64,000 nucleotides of DNA. Origin: Azolla caroliniana (lineage: Eukaryota; Plantae; Polypodiophyta). The translations under genes and the position numbers were made by a program. The notes beneath the pieces are model-generated. The model did no database searches. It saw nothing but the letters and a program-made list of their open reading frames with translations, and was not told the origin of the DNA. This document shows positions 47,961-60,379 of this stretch, in pieces; positions within the stretch are counted from its first letter, which is position 1; each line of letters begins with the position of its first letter. The DNA lies in contig JBHGNT010000012.1 of the NCBI GenBank assembly GCA_043228905.1, forward strand, positions 17,980,001 to 18,044,000. Reading direction: 5' to 3'.

Positions 47961-50900
47961 CTCTTAAATGAATTCATTGTGGACAATATGTTTGGGATAT
48001 GTATATGATGTGGGCATGCTTTTTGCTAATTTTGTTGGCTTTTGTCCATATGAAAGTTACTTGCATTATCATGCAAAAGAATGGAGCCGGAATGACTACT
48101 GCCGTGTCATGCTTTTGGGATAGCTCTACCGATGGTACATCACCTACTTCTTTTTGAAGCTAACTTTAAAATATGTTACTTCAAAGACTAAATACAAACC
48201 TTTAATCTTCTTACATTGGGTTCATCTATATCAAATAATAATTTGGTAAACTACACAAGTGCACATGTTCTTCAAATATAAATATAAGTATTTGGATATA
48301 ACTAAGCATTTGATGTACACCAAGCTTCTTATTTCAATCATTGTGAATGCAAAGTTTTGCTTTTTGTGTACTATCTTTTCATAGTCAATGAGTTTTCTCA
48401 AAGTTGGGAAGACTTAATGTATGCAACTTTATAAATTTATTGCATTTTCTATTTATTAGTTCATTTTCATAGATATACAATAAATTCTTATATGAATGTC
48501 AATGTCCAACATAATTGAAAAACACACTAATTCGTTGCATTCAACTTGAATTAAACTACTTCTAATGTCGTTTTCTCTTTATTCCTCATAGGTAGTAGGA
48601 CCATAAGGTGGGAGAACAAAACGATGTATTGCATTGTAACTATTTTTGGACTCGGAATATGAACTTCGATTGTCAAAGATACTTACGAAATTTTATTTGT
48701 AAATTTCCAAGATCATTAGAGTAGTCGTTGTAGAGTCACAAGTATTTGAAAAGTGGTTGGAAATTCACAAAACTCTAAGTGTTTCTATGATTTTAAGTGA
48801 TTATTTGGGATGTACGTCAAATAATAGTAAAATTATATTCATTGCAAGTCATGGAAAGTTCGAATTGGGACGAAGTTGGAATTGCTAGTGTATGTCACTA
48901 ATATTGTACATTTTGTCATATAACACCGGGGCCATTAATCAAACATGAACCTTTGAATTCTTGAGGATCGATTGCGGATGAGTTGAAGAATTATCCCAAA
49001 GTTATGCATTGCAATATGAATAGTAGTAAATGGTAAAACAGAAATGTCTTAACATGAGCCATTGATACTAAAATAATAGTTTACAATCCTTATTCATTAA
49101 GGAATTATCCAAATAATAGGCCACACGACTTCATTCAAGTTATTATCTCTTTCAAAAGCCTTTATGTTTTTGCTGGAAATTCACTTGTGCAATAACACAA
49201 TCATTCTTGAAAAAAATAAAATAACACAATCATTCTATCCAAAACTTTTGCTTGCATACTAACATATTCATTGTACGAATGATTTATGGTTCTCACTGTT
49301 GATACATGAAGGATAAGAAACTATACAGTCAAATGCTAATAAATGTAAATGTGAGGTTAAGGTTTTTGAAAAGAAACTTGAAAAGTGCGTATTCCCGGCT
49401 TATATTTCAAGATGGTGGTTTGGAGGCCGCACACATTGGCACTCATTTCTCCTTCAAAGATGACTTAAATTTAAATTTCCAAAACACTACAAAGAGAATG
49501 AGTGATAACCTTACATCAAATTATTTGGATAAACCTTTCATACTTAATCCAAATAAACCTTTCATAATTAATCAATCCATTGACATTAATCATAAAGTTT
49601 TCACACCACCTTCCCATTCCATTGAAGAGTATTGTAATTGTGTTATTTCCAAAGGCTATTAAATCTAAATATTGGCATACACCTAACATACTTAAGTTTT
49701 CTTGTTACAAAGAGCTTGGGTAACAATTGACACAAAGATATGATATCAATTATTATATGATACAAAGACTTTTAGTAACTATTATATGATACAAAGACTT
49801 TCGGTAACTTTGTCATTACGTAGTGCCTACGATCTCACATTTTCAACCTAGATTACAAACATAGTCATATTCATATTGAGCTTTGGAGAGTAGTCGTGTG
49901 ATTGGAAGAAAGAATCTTGTGTGGATATGTATGTTTATTCTATTAATTTGAGAAGCCTCGAATGAAAAGCCTTTAAATATCCATAAAATATATCGATTTG
50001 TTTTCTCTTCATTGGTTTTTCCTTCGATAATCAGTTTCAAAAGGGTGACTCGTGTGCAATACGACACAAAGCACAATGAGAAAAGCATAATCATGTAAAA
50101 GACTTTAGATATGCCCTCAAAATTATTGTTAAACAAGTTGTAAGATTCAGGTATATCGCCTTAAAGTCTCAAACAGTGGGTTTGATGCTTTGTATTTCTT
50201 TGAAAACTCTTTGTAGATTTTGTTTGAGATCATTTTCTAAAGAGATAGCTCCACAACTTGACATTGACACGTGGTTGCAAAGAGCCAAAACTAGGCAAAA
50301 CTTAAATTCTTAAACTTCTATCATAGTATAAATGTCAATAAAGTGGCTAATGTTATCCATTTTCAATTTTGTCATATAGGAGTGGTGAGATGAAATAGAT
50401 CAATGGATCCCATTTTTTATTGATTTGTATATGGTCAATGGATCCCATGTCTCTCTCTCTCTCTCTCTAGGGTTGACTCGAGGCTATAGGGTAAACAACA
50501 AAAATTGAAGGGCATTTCATTGTTTTTACGACGGGGTATTTCACACTTCTTCCGACCATCACTAACTAAAGTCGAGCTTGTTTCAACTTTGAAACCAAGT
50601 AAAAGTGCTCAAGAACAATGTGTGTGTGTGTGTGTGGTGGGGCTTGGCACACAGCTGGAACACACTAAGGAAACTATATCTTTCAAAAGCAAAGAATAAT
50701 TTGCAATCATAGTACCAACTTTCAAACTACATATTTATGTCACATCCGTTCTCATGTATAACCCACTCATTTCATTTCAAGTGAAATTCAAGAGCGAATT
50801 TGCAGCTATGTGCTCTCAATTGTATGCCAATTGATAATCCTTAATTGCCAATCCGTACTCAATCCATTCCTTTGGCTCCTGAATTCTTCTTCTTACACGA

Positions 50901-50992
50901 ACCAATATAGCCCATTGTGAAATATAGGATCGGCATAGCCAAAAAATGATATAGTGTACTCTAGTGCCTCTAATGTTGCATCTTGCTCAGCA

Positions 50993-51670
50993 ATGACCCA
51001 AGACAAGCATAAGTTCGGTACTACCACGCATGTCATTCGTGTGGTTCAAGTCTTCTCGCCCACCCTCACCGTGACTTGCTCGAATCCCGCCTACTTCCCA
51101 TCTCTAGTTCAACTCCTAACCGGGAACCATGACTCATCCCATCAAGTAGATGGTGTCAATGGTCATCCAATACTCCAAGATTTCACTAGTAAAGATTGTC
51201 CCCATTCCAGTGGTCATCTAGTAGCTGGCCATAGTTCAATGATTGGTCACTCATATCAATTCCCACTTCAATTAGACGATGAGCTTCACACCACTCCCCA
51301 ACAAAATCAACAAATCCATGAGCTTGTTGATCTCACACCACATAAATTGGATGATCCGATCCATGCGAATGATGCAAGTTGTAAAGCGAATCATATGGCG
51401 GCATTAGTAGATTATGGGCTTCACGATGACATCAATGTTCAATCCATTGAGGATATCAACAGTAGCTATTATGATCAACATTCCTTTAGTCTGGATGCCT
51501 TACATGAATATGATGATGACCTTCACATCGTGCGATCCATAGATGATGTTAATCACGATTTCTCTAATTGTCGATACAATGAAGATCTTTATGACTCATA
51601 CACACCTTCAATTGTCCATGATGATTATATCCTTCAAGAATTGCATGGAAATTGTGGTGTGACATCCTAA
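50993..51670 (+). CDS. VQ motif-containing protein (intronless)
   Basis: IRVVQVFSP...NPAYFPSLVQLLTG fits the FxxhVQxhTG consensus, with the typical preceding hydrophobic strand. First ATG at 50993 (the ORF track uses an upstream GTG); H/D-rich disordered C-terminus. Confidence 0.75.
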   Translation: MTQDKHKFGTTTHVIRVVQVFSPTLTVTCSNPAYFPSLVQLLTGNHDSSHQVDGVNGHPILQDFTSKDCPHSSGHLVAGHSSMIGHSYQFPLQLDDELHTTPQQNQQIHELVDLTPHKLDDPIHANDASCKANHMAALVDYGLHDDINVQSIEDINSSYYDQHSFSLDALHEYDDDLHIVRSIDDVNHDFSNCRYNEDLYDSYTPSIVHDDYILQELHGNCGVTS

Positions 51671-52419
51671 AAATGAATTTACTTCTGACCACAATACAAT
51701 GGGGCCATTATGAGCAAATGTTGTGTATGATGCAACTACCTCATTTTGTTGTTTCATAAATGAAAATGATGATTCATATTAGGTTATGGTTGCCCCTCAT
51801 CATTAGCCATTTAATTTTGGAAGCAAGCTGGTTTGATGATTTGCTTATAGAAAAGCCCACAAATTTCCCACTAGCACTCAATCTTCCTATGCATATCTAT
51901 GTTTTCATATAGCTGTAGGTCACGATTCTGTGTTTCACATTGTTTTATGCAGCAAGCCTCCACTGAAAAGGATCTAGAGTCAATCATTAGCTTAACTCAA
52001 ATGGGCCAATAGATCGATAGACTCGCTATATGTAAAGCCTCACATATATCCCGTGCATTGTAATAATGATGTTTTAAGGCATACTGTAACATTCAATCTT
52101 CGTACATATTTTGCAAGACAAAACACACACGATATAGGTTTGAGAAATGACGTGAAGTTTGTCGGAGCTTTAGTGATATGTTTTTTTTTCCGAAGATGGG
52201 AAAGAATCTCGAATCATTAGGGTGGAGATCGCGCTATATTGCCAGGTAGTAGATCCAATTTGATGTGGTTAGGACTCAAGTGATCAGTACAACAAAAGTG
52301 CCCATTATAAGGGTTCCACAAATTGATCGCATTCTGCTTCTTCTTTTTGAGGTTAGCGGGTGTTTACAATTGATTGTCGACATTACTATTTTACTACAGA
52401 AAAAGCTTTTCTGTAGTGC

Positions 52420-52710
52420 ATCGAAGATAGTTCATTAATCAATGAAGTTTCTTTGACAATTTGAATCCTCGCATCATCACTGTGGTCTCCTGTTTACCAA
52501 AATTGTAATTACTAATTTGTTACCATGTTATATTCCTTGCATTATAAATGGATGACCATTCATTAACAAATCATATCTCTGTCTCCTGGAAATAATTCAA
52601 TGGCTAATCTTGCTTCTTTCTTTTATGTCTAATGAAGTATGTCCTCATCTCTTTCTTTCCTAATTTCAAACAGACATATTTCCACATGTTGGATCTAAGC
52701 TTTCCACGAA
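52420..52710 (+). repeat. Diverged duplicate of the MED26-like gene 3' region (55200-55600)
   Basis: ATCGAAGA..GTTCATTAATC.ATGAAGTTTCTTTGA...AACAAATCAT.TCTCT..GTCTCCTG...TCTAAGCTTTCC occurs in both places. Confidence 0.8.
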
Positions 52711-53954
52711 GTATATGCAAATTGCAAAGGGTCGAGGTATTTAAGGAATCTCACCTTTCAATGGTTTATGAAAACATTGAAGGAAAAGAAACCACTAGGA
52801 GATGTGCATTGGGTGGGTTGGGTCATTGTATTTCCTAATGGATTGTAGGTGAAGGTTTGGAGACTCTACGTATAGCTATAATAGTTATCACCGTCATTAG
52901 TATTGGTTGTAGAAATCTATAGTAGCCTTCTACTTCTAGTAAAACACATGGTAGAAGTAGGATTTGTTTTCAAGAACCAAACTTTCAATGAAATTTTACA
53001 ATTCAAAACAAAAGTATGATTGTGTAATTGGAAGGGATATAATATGTATAGCACTCACTGTATACATTTTTTAACCTATGAATTACAAGTCCTTTCTTAT
53101 GACCACAAAAGCATCCAAAAGGCTAGTATTTCTTCCCCAATGCATGAGTAACCAACGAGATATGTACTATGACTAATTTGGAAATCGGAATACAGCATAT
53201 GTCAAGGTACTTGCCAACGATACATTACATAACTCTTTTACAATTCTCTCTGATGAATGAATGAATGAATATGTACTTGGCTTTTCCCATTGCTGCATGA
53301 AGAATAAAGCTAAAAGCATAATAAAACTTGGCTTCCCACGGCTGCATGAAGAATATTTCTCTCCATTATCTTTTGGTTTAAAATAAAGCATGGTGCTGTT
53401 GAAATTGGGAAGTCTTCAATTTTCAACAGGCAAAGAGAGAGGGGTGAATTTCAATTCAGCAGCAAACACGCACAGTTATGAAATGAATCAAAATGTAACC
53501 ACAAATATACTTTTGCTAAAAAATCCTGCTACTCCATTCTAAGTACTAAACCTTCTTATTTCATACTTGGGCCATATTCATTATCATATTAATATATACC
53601 CCCTAGGGCTCTTCTATTTCAAGTTTGCTTCATATCTGCATCCTATTTCAAGTTATAAGCTTTCAGATGCTATTGAAAATACATACTCTGTTTTTATACA
53701 TTTCTTTTATCAAGCGTCTTTTGCTGTAATAAATAATTCATTTAAAAAAAGAAAAAGAAAAATAGAAACTCAAACAATAAGTAAAAAAAGACTCAGAAAA
53801 TATAAAAAATAAAGGGACAAAAACATCAGACAAAAAAAAAAGCAGCAAACGACAGTTTTTATATTTTTGTTTTTTTTCCTTCTTTTTTTTTCTCTTTATT
53901 ATCTTCCTTTTTCGTCCGGACATCAGGAAAGAAAGAAAAACGACAGGCCTCAGG

Positions 53955-54360
53955 TGCCTGCCACGTGGCAAGCAATCATTGTTCTGCTGACGCGGTGCCA
54001 CGTGTCAGAAAACGCAGAGAGAAACGCAAACGAATTTGCACCAAACGCAGAAAGCAGAGAAACGCAAATCTCCCCCAGAAAACGCAGACGGCAGGCAAAC
54101 GCAGAAACATTTGGGGCCGAAAACGCAACGCAAAGGAAATGCGTTTGCCAACACATTTCCCCTATAAAATCCTGCAACCTCCTAACCCTAACCCTAACCC
54201 TAATTCCCGATTTTCTCCAGAATAGCACACCACCTCTCTCTCTCTCTCTCTCTCCCTCTCTCAATCCCTCAATCCCTTGCATCCATCTCAATCCCCATCC
54301 CATCTGCCACATTTCCCCTATAATATCCTGCAAACCCATAATTCTAACCCTAATTCCTCC
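53955..54360 (+). promoter_or_regulatory. Promoter of the MED26-like gene: G-box/ABRE pair, AAACGCA cluster, duplicated TATA module with CCCTAA repeats
   Basis: GCCACGTGGC (~53960) and GCCACGTGTC (~53997); about 7 AAACGCA copies at 54009-54135; CCCCTATAA at ~54159 and ~54314; (CCCTAA)3 at ~54184-54203. Confidence 0.6.
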
Positions 54361-54399
54361 TTACAAGCTAGCTCACTCCAATCCAATCCAATCCAATCC

Positions 54400-55137
54400 A
54401 TGGATATGCGCCTACCAACCCATTGCTCCTCCTCCTCCTCCATTGCTGTCAACACTCGTCACCACCAAGAGGTTGCAGCAATTGAGCAGCGAATCATGAA
54501 TATTGCTGCGAGTCCTCTCCAGAATTCGATTCCAGTCTTGGTGGACCTGCTGCACAAACTTCAGCCGCTCATCCGGCTCCAGAAGGACGTCCACATTCTC
54601 ACCGACACCCGCATTGGCAAGGCCGTCCACAAATTAACCAAACACCCTTCTCCCGCCATCGCCCCCCTCGCCAAAGCCCTCATCTCTGCGTGGAAGAAGT
54701 TCCTCCACCATCACAGCAGCAGCGGCAGCTATGAAGAGAAGATGCAGATTACAAAACGGAAGCTAGCTGCTGGTTATGAGCGAGAGCTTTTGGCAAAGCG
54801 GCAGCGCACCATCTGCCTCCTCCAGCCAGAAGAACTATGGGAGCAACAATTGGGTCATCATCACCTGGTCCAGAAGCAGCAACATACAACCCTAAACCCT
54901 AAACCCAATATTCTCGGTCGGATGCGGGTCGCTGCATTATCCTCTTCTTCGAAGGAAAAGAAGCAGCTGTTTCAGCAGCAACTCGGGGTCATGGAGGCGA
55001 AAAGGAGTCTGCCGCAGCAGCGACAGCAGCAGCAGTTTGACAGCCTTGAATCCGGCAATTACAAGATTATCCGGAAATCCAAGTTTAAATTTGTCATTAA
55101 GAAGCTTCGGCCTCACCACAGCGTCCCTAGGCATTGA
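54400..55137 (+). CDS. Mediator subunit 26-like / TFIIS N-terminal domain protein, intronless (245 aa)
   Basis: TFIIS-N/Med26 domain LVDLLHKLQ...ILTDTRIGKAVHKLTKHPSPAIAPLAKALISAWKK, followed by the plant MED26 C-terminal motif EEKMQITKRKLAAGYERELLAKRQRTICLL. ATG at 54400 is in the ORF-track frame. Confidence 0.8.
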   Translation: MDMRLPTHCSSSSSIAVNTRHHQEVAAIEQRIMNIAASPLQNSIPVLVDLLHKLQPLIRLQKDVHILTDTRIGKAVHKLTKHPSPAIAPLAKALISAWKKFLHHHSSSGSYEEKMQITKRKLAAGYERELLAKRQRTICLLQPEELWEQQLGHHHLVQKQQHTTLNPKPNILGRMRVAALSSSSKEKKQLFQQQLGVMEAKRSLPQQRQQQQFDSLESGNYKIIRKSKFKFVIKKLRPHHSVPRH

Positions 55138-56639
55138 CAGTCTCCTTAGGTTTACATAGGAGCACAGCCTCCCTAGACATACATACATCTCTTGTTTTGT
55201 AAATCGAAGACTGTTCATTAATCGATGAAGTTTCTTTGATAACTTGTCTCTCACCATCATATAAAATGGTCTCCTGCTTATTAAAATTGTACCTACTAAT
55301 TTGCTACCTTGTTATATTTCGTGGCTAATAAATGGACGATCATTTGGTAACAAATCATGTCTCTCTGTCTCCTGAAACTTATGACTCTTGCATCCTTTTT
55401 TATCATTCATCACCTTGTTTATGATCTTTTTTGTCTCAATCTAATAATTACTTCTGTCAAAATCTGAAGCCCCATTGTACGAGAAACTCAGATATTGAGC
55501 AGAAATGTGATTCGCAACGACCATCTCTTTTCTATCAACACTCTTTCGTTCCTAATTTCTAACAGACACATTTCCATATGTTGTCGAATCTAAGCTTTCC
55601 TCCCAAGCAGATATTTGAGCCTTCATCAAACGGCAATTGTCAAGGTGTAGCAATGTGTGGATTCAATGCCATCACTCTATAATTAACCGCTTATTCCACA
55701 GTGGGCCCAATGACCATTGTTTACCATGCCTTGCATCAATGACACGAGAACACTTTTATTTGTACTTCACAAAGACTCCTCAACTAGTTTTGTCGTCATG
55801 TGAGACTCATGGAGATATCATTAAGTTATATCTACTGTACACTTATTGCGAAAAGTATCTCCTCATACATTTTTGACAAGGGCACATAATCTCTTCACGC
55901 ACTTGTTTGTCATGACATAGTGGCCTTCCAAATCGGCAATGTTAGTAATAATGTGGATGAAATGGTTATAATGGAACGAAATGAATTAATTGTGATAAAC
56001 CGGTAACTATAGTATCCTCCAAATTCTGAGTCGGAATTGCATAGTTGATGAATACAAACATTATCAGTCTATGAGAGGAGAAATGTCATACTTTTCGTAA
56101 GTATACTAAGTTGGCATTGCATAGTAGATCAATACAAATACAGTCGACCTATTTAAGGACAAACATAATTTTCTTAAAAGTTAAATCACCATAGTAGATA
56201 CATCCACAAGTTTGAATGTCAACTACTGGCTCACATGCACGCAATTCATACAGGCACTCAATATAAAAGATGTGTCAAATTGGTGAATGGACAAAGCTAC
56301 GATTTCGATGAGAGAGAAGGATCATTCTCATTTGTTGTTAATGAGTACTTTAAATTAAAGCTGCTGATTGCAGTTTGGAATTGCAACTCGGCACTTTAGA
56401 TATACCCGGGCAGAAATGGAAGAGATCATGAGAAATGCTCTTCATTATAGAAATGCACCAGAGCCCAGAGAGAGCTTCGATTGAGAAATGTAAAGAAAAA
56501 AATCCTCAACTAGTTTGTCGTGAGATCATCAAGTTATATTGATAGTACACTTAATACGAAAAGTATCTCTTCCTACAAAAGGTGGTCAAACAAGTGTGGT
56601 TGAGCTTGTTTTTTCTTAACTCTAAGAAACCTTGTTATA

Positions 56640-57145
56640 GGCACAGTGAATTCACCATCCGTTGATGAATCGAAGCTTGTAGTGTCATTGGAGCACCACT
56701 ATGTTTGTCTCTATTTGAGCTCAAGCAATCTTCCTCATCAAAGGGGTGAGGCTTGTGTGAGCCATGAGCTATTGGTATACTCCGTCCGCGTTCAATAGAT
56801 CCAAGATTAATGATTCGAAGCTTGTCGTGCTCTAGCAATCTCCTTCATCAAAGGGGTGAGGCTTCAGTAGGTATTGGCATACTCCACATTGTAGATGCTC
56901 CAAGGGATCATCCAATTTATGTGGTGTGTGATCAACAAGCTCACAGATTCATCGATTCTGTCGAAGAGTGGTGGCAAGCTCATCATCTAATTGAAGTGGG
57001 AATTGGTATGAGTGACCAATCACTGAACTATAGCCAACTACAAGATGACCACTGGATTGGGGACAATCTATAGCAATTGAAATCTTGGACTATTGGATGA
57101 GCATTGACACCGTCTACTTGATGGGATGAGTCATGGTTTCAGGTC
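56640..57145 (-). pseudogene. Inverted, 5'-truncated paralogous fragment of the VQ gene
   Basis: The reverse complement of ~56905-57140 aligns with 51124-51360 (AACCATGACTCATCCCATCAAGTAGA...ATTCCCACTTCAATTAGA...CACCACATAAATTGGATGATCC). It lacks the VQ motif and has a frameshift. Confidence 0.8.
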
Positions 57146-59572
57146 ATGGGATTTATATGAGTCATTCTCTGTGTCTTGGCCTATCTATGTAACGTATACC
57201 CTTGTTGTTCGTAAACTCGGAAACTATGTATCATTGCACTTAGACTTTGTGTCATTATGCTAGAGTTTGTTACCAACATACTTAAGTTTCTATATATGGA
57301 AACATTCAAGCTTTATAGGTTTTTAAAATTTTCGTCCATGCAGTATTGGGTTTAATCATGCCTAGACCTTCAACCATCACTGATTTGGAGTGAGTTTAAA
57401 CATTTATTTTCAAATGATACAATTAAATCCATCGAAATTAAATAAATCTTAGTATGGTAAAATCAAGCTTTGATATTTAGGTTTGAGGGACAAATTTACT
57501 AACATGACAACAACTCCATCTCTAATAAGAAAAGTTCAAAATGTCTATCTCAATGTAGGATTTATTTATTTTTAATAAGATTTCATTCAAGAATATGCTT
57601 CCGTTAGCTTGTCTGGAAATTATCATTAATGATCACTAATGATAACTAATGATGTTGTCTAGAAGACCGTGAGGACAAAATACTTCACGCATAACTAGAT
57701 TTGTTGTGCCATTTTAGTACATCGATCAACTACTATTAAGATAGTATTGAATCATTTACAATCTGGAAGATTTGTAGTAAAAATTAAAGACATACATTGC
57801 CATGGCTTGCTCAGATCTAGATATGTCAAGATGGATTTGTGTACATAAAGTCAATGAATCTGGAAGTCCATCACATTTCAGGCAAGAACAATACCATGGC
57901 ATACATGCTATCAAGGTGACGTGCTTTTACAATTGATTCGTAAACATTCTTCATAGCATAATATGTACTCATTCTGGCATTGAGTTCCGTATGCCTATGC
58001 CGCCAGAAATGGTTCATTACCTACTGCAATGTATCTGTAATGTATTTTCAAAGGAGTATATAAGCAGAGATTAGCGGATTATTCATAAATTTCTTAGCAT
58101 CATATATATAATTCTGAGGCTAAATTTTGAATGTAACAAGAGATGGTTGGTTTCGTAAGGCATCAATTTCATCTCAGTTCTAAGAAAAAGCAATGTTTTG
58201 ACACTTTCATAGATAAAAGAAGACGGAATGATCAGAGTTATAATTTGGATCGGTGCATAGTCACAAATGAATCTGTTCTAAAAGCAATATTGGGCATACT
58301 CCACGGGAACATTGTGTTTTGCATATACATAATCTAGCAGATCGACTAATTGGGACAACATTTATTTGGATTATGATGGCTACCGAGCTAGTCGAGACAA
58401 GGTCAAATCTCCTACTGACCAAGCATTTGAACCTTCGTTGAATCTAAAAAGGTAAGAGAACCATAAACGAGCATAAGGTGTGAATAATATTCACGTATGC
58501 TGCTTTTCTGCATAATGCGGAAGTAATTGATAGCAGAAAGATAAACTCTTTGGTACCTGATGGCAAAAGCTTCAATATTTATTGCAAGTTGAGGTGAGAT
58601 AATATATATAGAAAGATATATAAATTCCACTCGGTGAATACGAGAGTAACGTTTGAATCCGGTTGGAGACTTGACGGCAATGTCCCTTGAAATGTCATAA
58701 GAAAGAAACAATGTTGTGCTTGACAACAGCAAATTACTGAGAACAACGTGGCGAAGGAAAGTTTCGTTCATCTTCATTTAACAACATCGTACACTCTTAT
58801 CATTATGTTTCCTTCAGAACGCAAGTTTCTTCCGCAAACTCTTCCAGATCATACTAATCCTTTAAGTTGTACGTCTTTTTGTGCTGAATTGTCCTTCTGT
58901 AAGCAGCAAAATGCAACGGCAATGGATTGATGATGAGTAGATCAGATTAAATAGCAAGGTCCTGGAAATGTGATCTAATAAGAGAATCTAATGCTGAAAA
59001 CCTAGGTTTTTGGGGACGAACACAGAGAAAAGAAAAGCTTCGTCGCACATATATAAATCACTAAAGGAGCAAACTAAACGGTTTTCATTCTTGTGTATAC
59101 AGCAGATCAATGCATAACAAAGAAGATTGAAGATCAAGGATCAAGGATCAAGAGTCATCATGACACGGAGACACAGAGAAAAGCCACTGTCTAATAATCA
59201 ACGAGCTCTATAACTGCAGCAGGTTCTGCGATATAGAGTTAATTGTTCACACGGAAAATGGTTCACTCCTAACAGTTTCTCCCATTCTCAAATAATCTCA
59301 AAGCTCACACGCTAGACTCTTACCAAGATTTCTAGATAATGCCAGCTCTTTGAAACTTTGACCGTATTTTAACTCGTTTTTGGGAAAATTCCCCTTCGAT
59401 TGCCACGTTTACTACGCATTATTGCACAAAAGTTCCGAATCATGCTATTTATTTGATGTTTAACTCGTTTCTGATCGAATTCTTCTTCCATAAGTAAGCG
59501 AGCGACAACAGAGGAACAGGTCAAATAAAATGAAGAAAAGCAGCTACAAAAAAGGACGTATTCCATACTTAC

Positions 59573-60005
59573 TTGACATTCACTCCTCCTTTCCCCATGA
59601 AAGCTGTGAGGTTATATTGTATCCACGCATCTGCAGCAGTAGCAGCAGCAGAAGAAGAAGGAGCAACGCTGTGAAGAAATACGTTAGGAATTCCGACCAT
59701 AACCTAGATTCCTGAGCCAGCGAGAGCGGGGAGAGCAGATGGAATGGCCTCGAGGAGCTTCACCTTAGAAATGATGTTGGAGAGAAGCATTTGAACCACA
59801 TTGCGAGCAGGAACATGGTGAGCAGTGATGTCTCCCCAGTTGAATCCGAGCGCAGAAGCAGGAACCAGAACCAGGGTTTGAGGAGGAGAAAGAAGGAGAA
59901 ACAGGAAAAAGATGATGAGGGATGGAAGGAAGGAATGGGAGCGGGAGGCAGTGAAGAGTGTGGAAATGGGGATGGGGATGGAGACGCCGTGGCCAATGCC
60001 GCCAT
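59573..60005 (-). pseudogene. Glucan endo-1,3-beta-glucosidase (GH17) exon-1 pseudogene fragment
   Basis: LGFNWGDITAHHVPARNVVQMLLSNIISKVKLLEA..ALAGSGI*VMVGIPN...AWIQYNLTAF..GGVNV(K), then donor GTAAGT at 59572. In-frame TAG and an apparent frameshift in the signal-peptide region; no exon 2 (YVAVGNE) found. Confidence 0.8.
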
Positions 60006-60105
60006 AGCGGATCTGCATGAGAAGGAATGCAAGAAGGAAGTGAAGCACAGAGAAGGAGGAGGACTAGAACGTCGATTCGTTTCTCCTCCTTCTTCGTTCT
60101 TCCTC

Positions 60106-60136
<31 letters not shown>

Positions 60137-60169
60137 GTATGTGTATCTGTATTTGTACAGTGTGTGTAT

Positions 60170-60379
60170 TCTACATGTATTCTAAGTATTCTAAACGTAT
60201 TCCAAGTATTCTAAACGTATTCTAAGTATTTTACACGTATTCTAACTATTTAACGTATTGAACGCATTCTATCTATAAAATACGTATTCTAAGTATTTTT
60301 TTTAAAAAGTTAGAATACTTGTAGAATACTTAGAATATGTATTCTACGCGTATTTTATGCTAAGTATTTTACAACAATG
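60170..60379. mobile_element. Probable terminus of an hAT-like non-autonomous element
   Basis: Dense (C/A)GTATTCTAA subterminal repeats in both orientations, ending in TTTTACAACAATG (reverse complement CATTGTTGTAAAA), similar in style to the CATAGTT TIR of the 45262 element. Confidence 0.5.

Noticed and set aside
53867-54499. 210-aa ORF overlapping the MED26-like promoter
   Set aside because: Non-ATG start; it translates promoter repeats and microsatellites with no recognisable domain.
57900-58960. Coding-like composition and a 121-aa minus-strand ORF
   Set aside because: No motif, splice-consistent structure or GH17 exon-2 signature could be identified.
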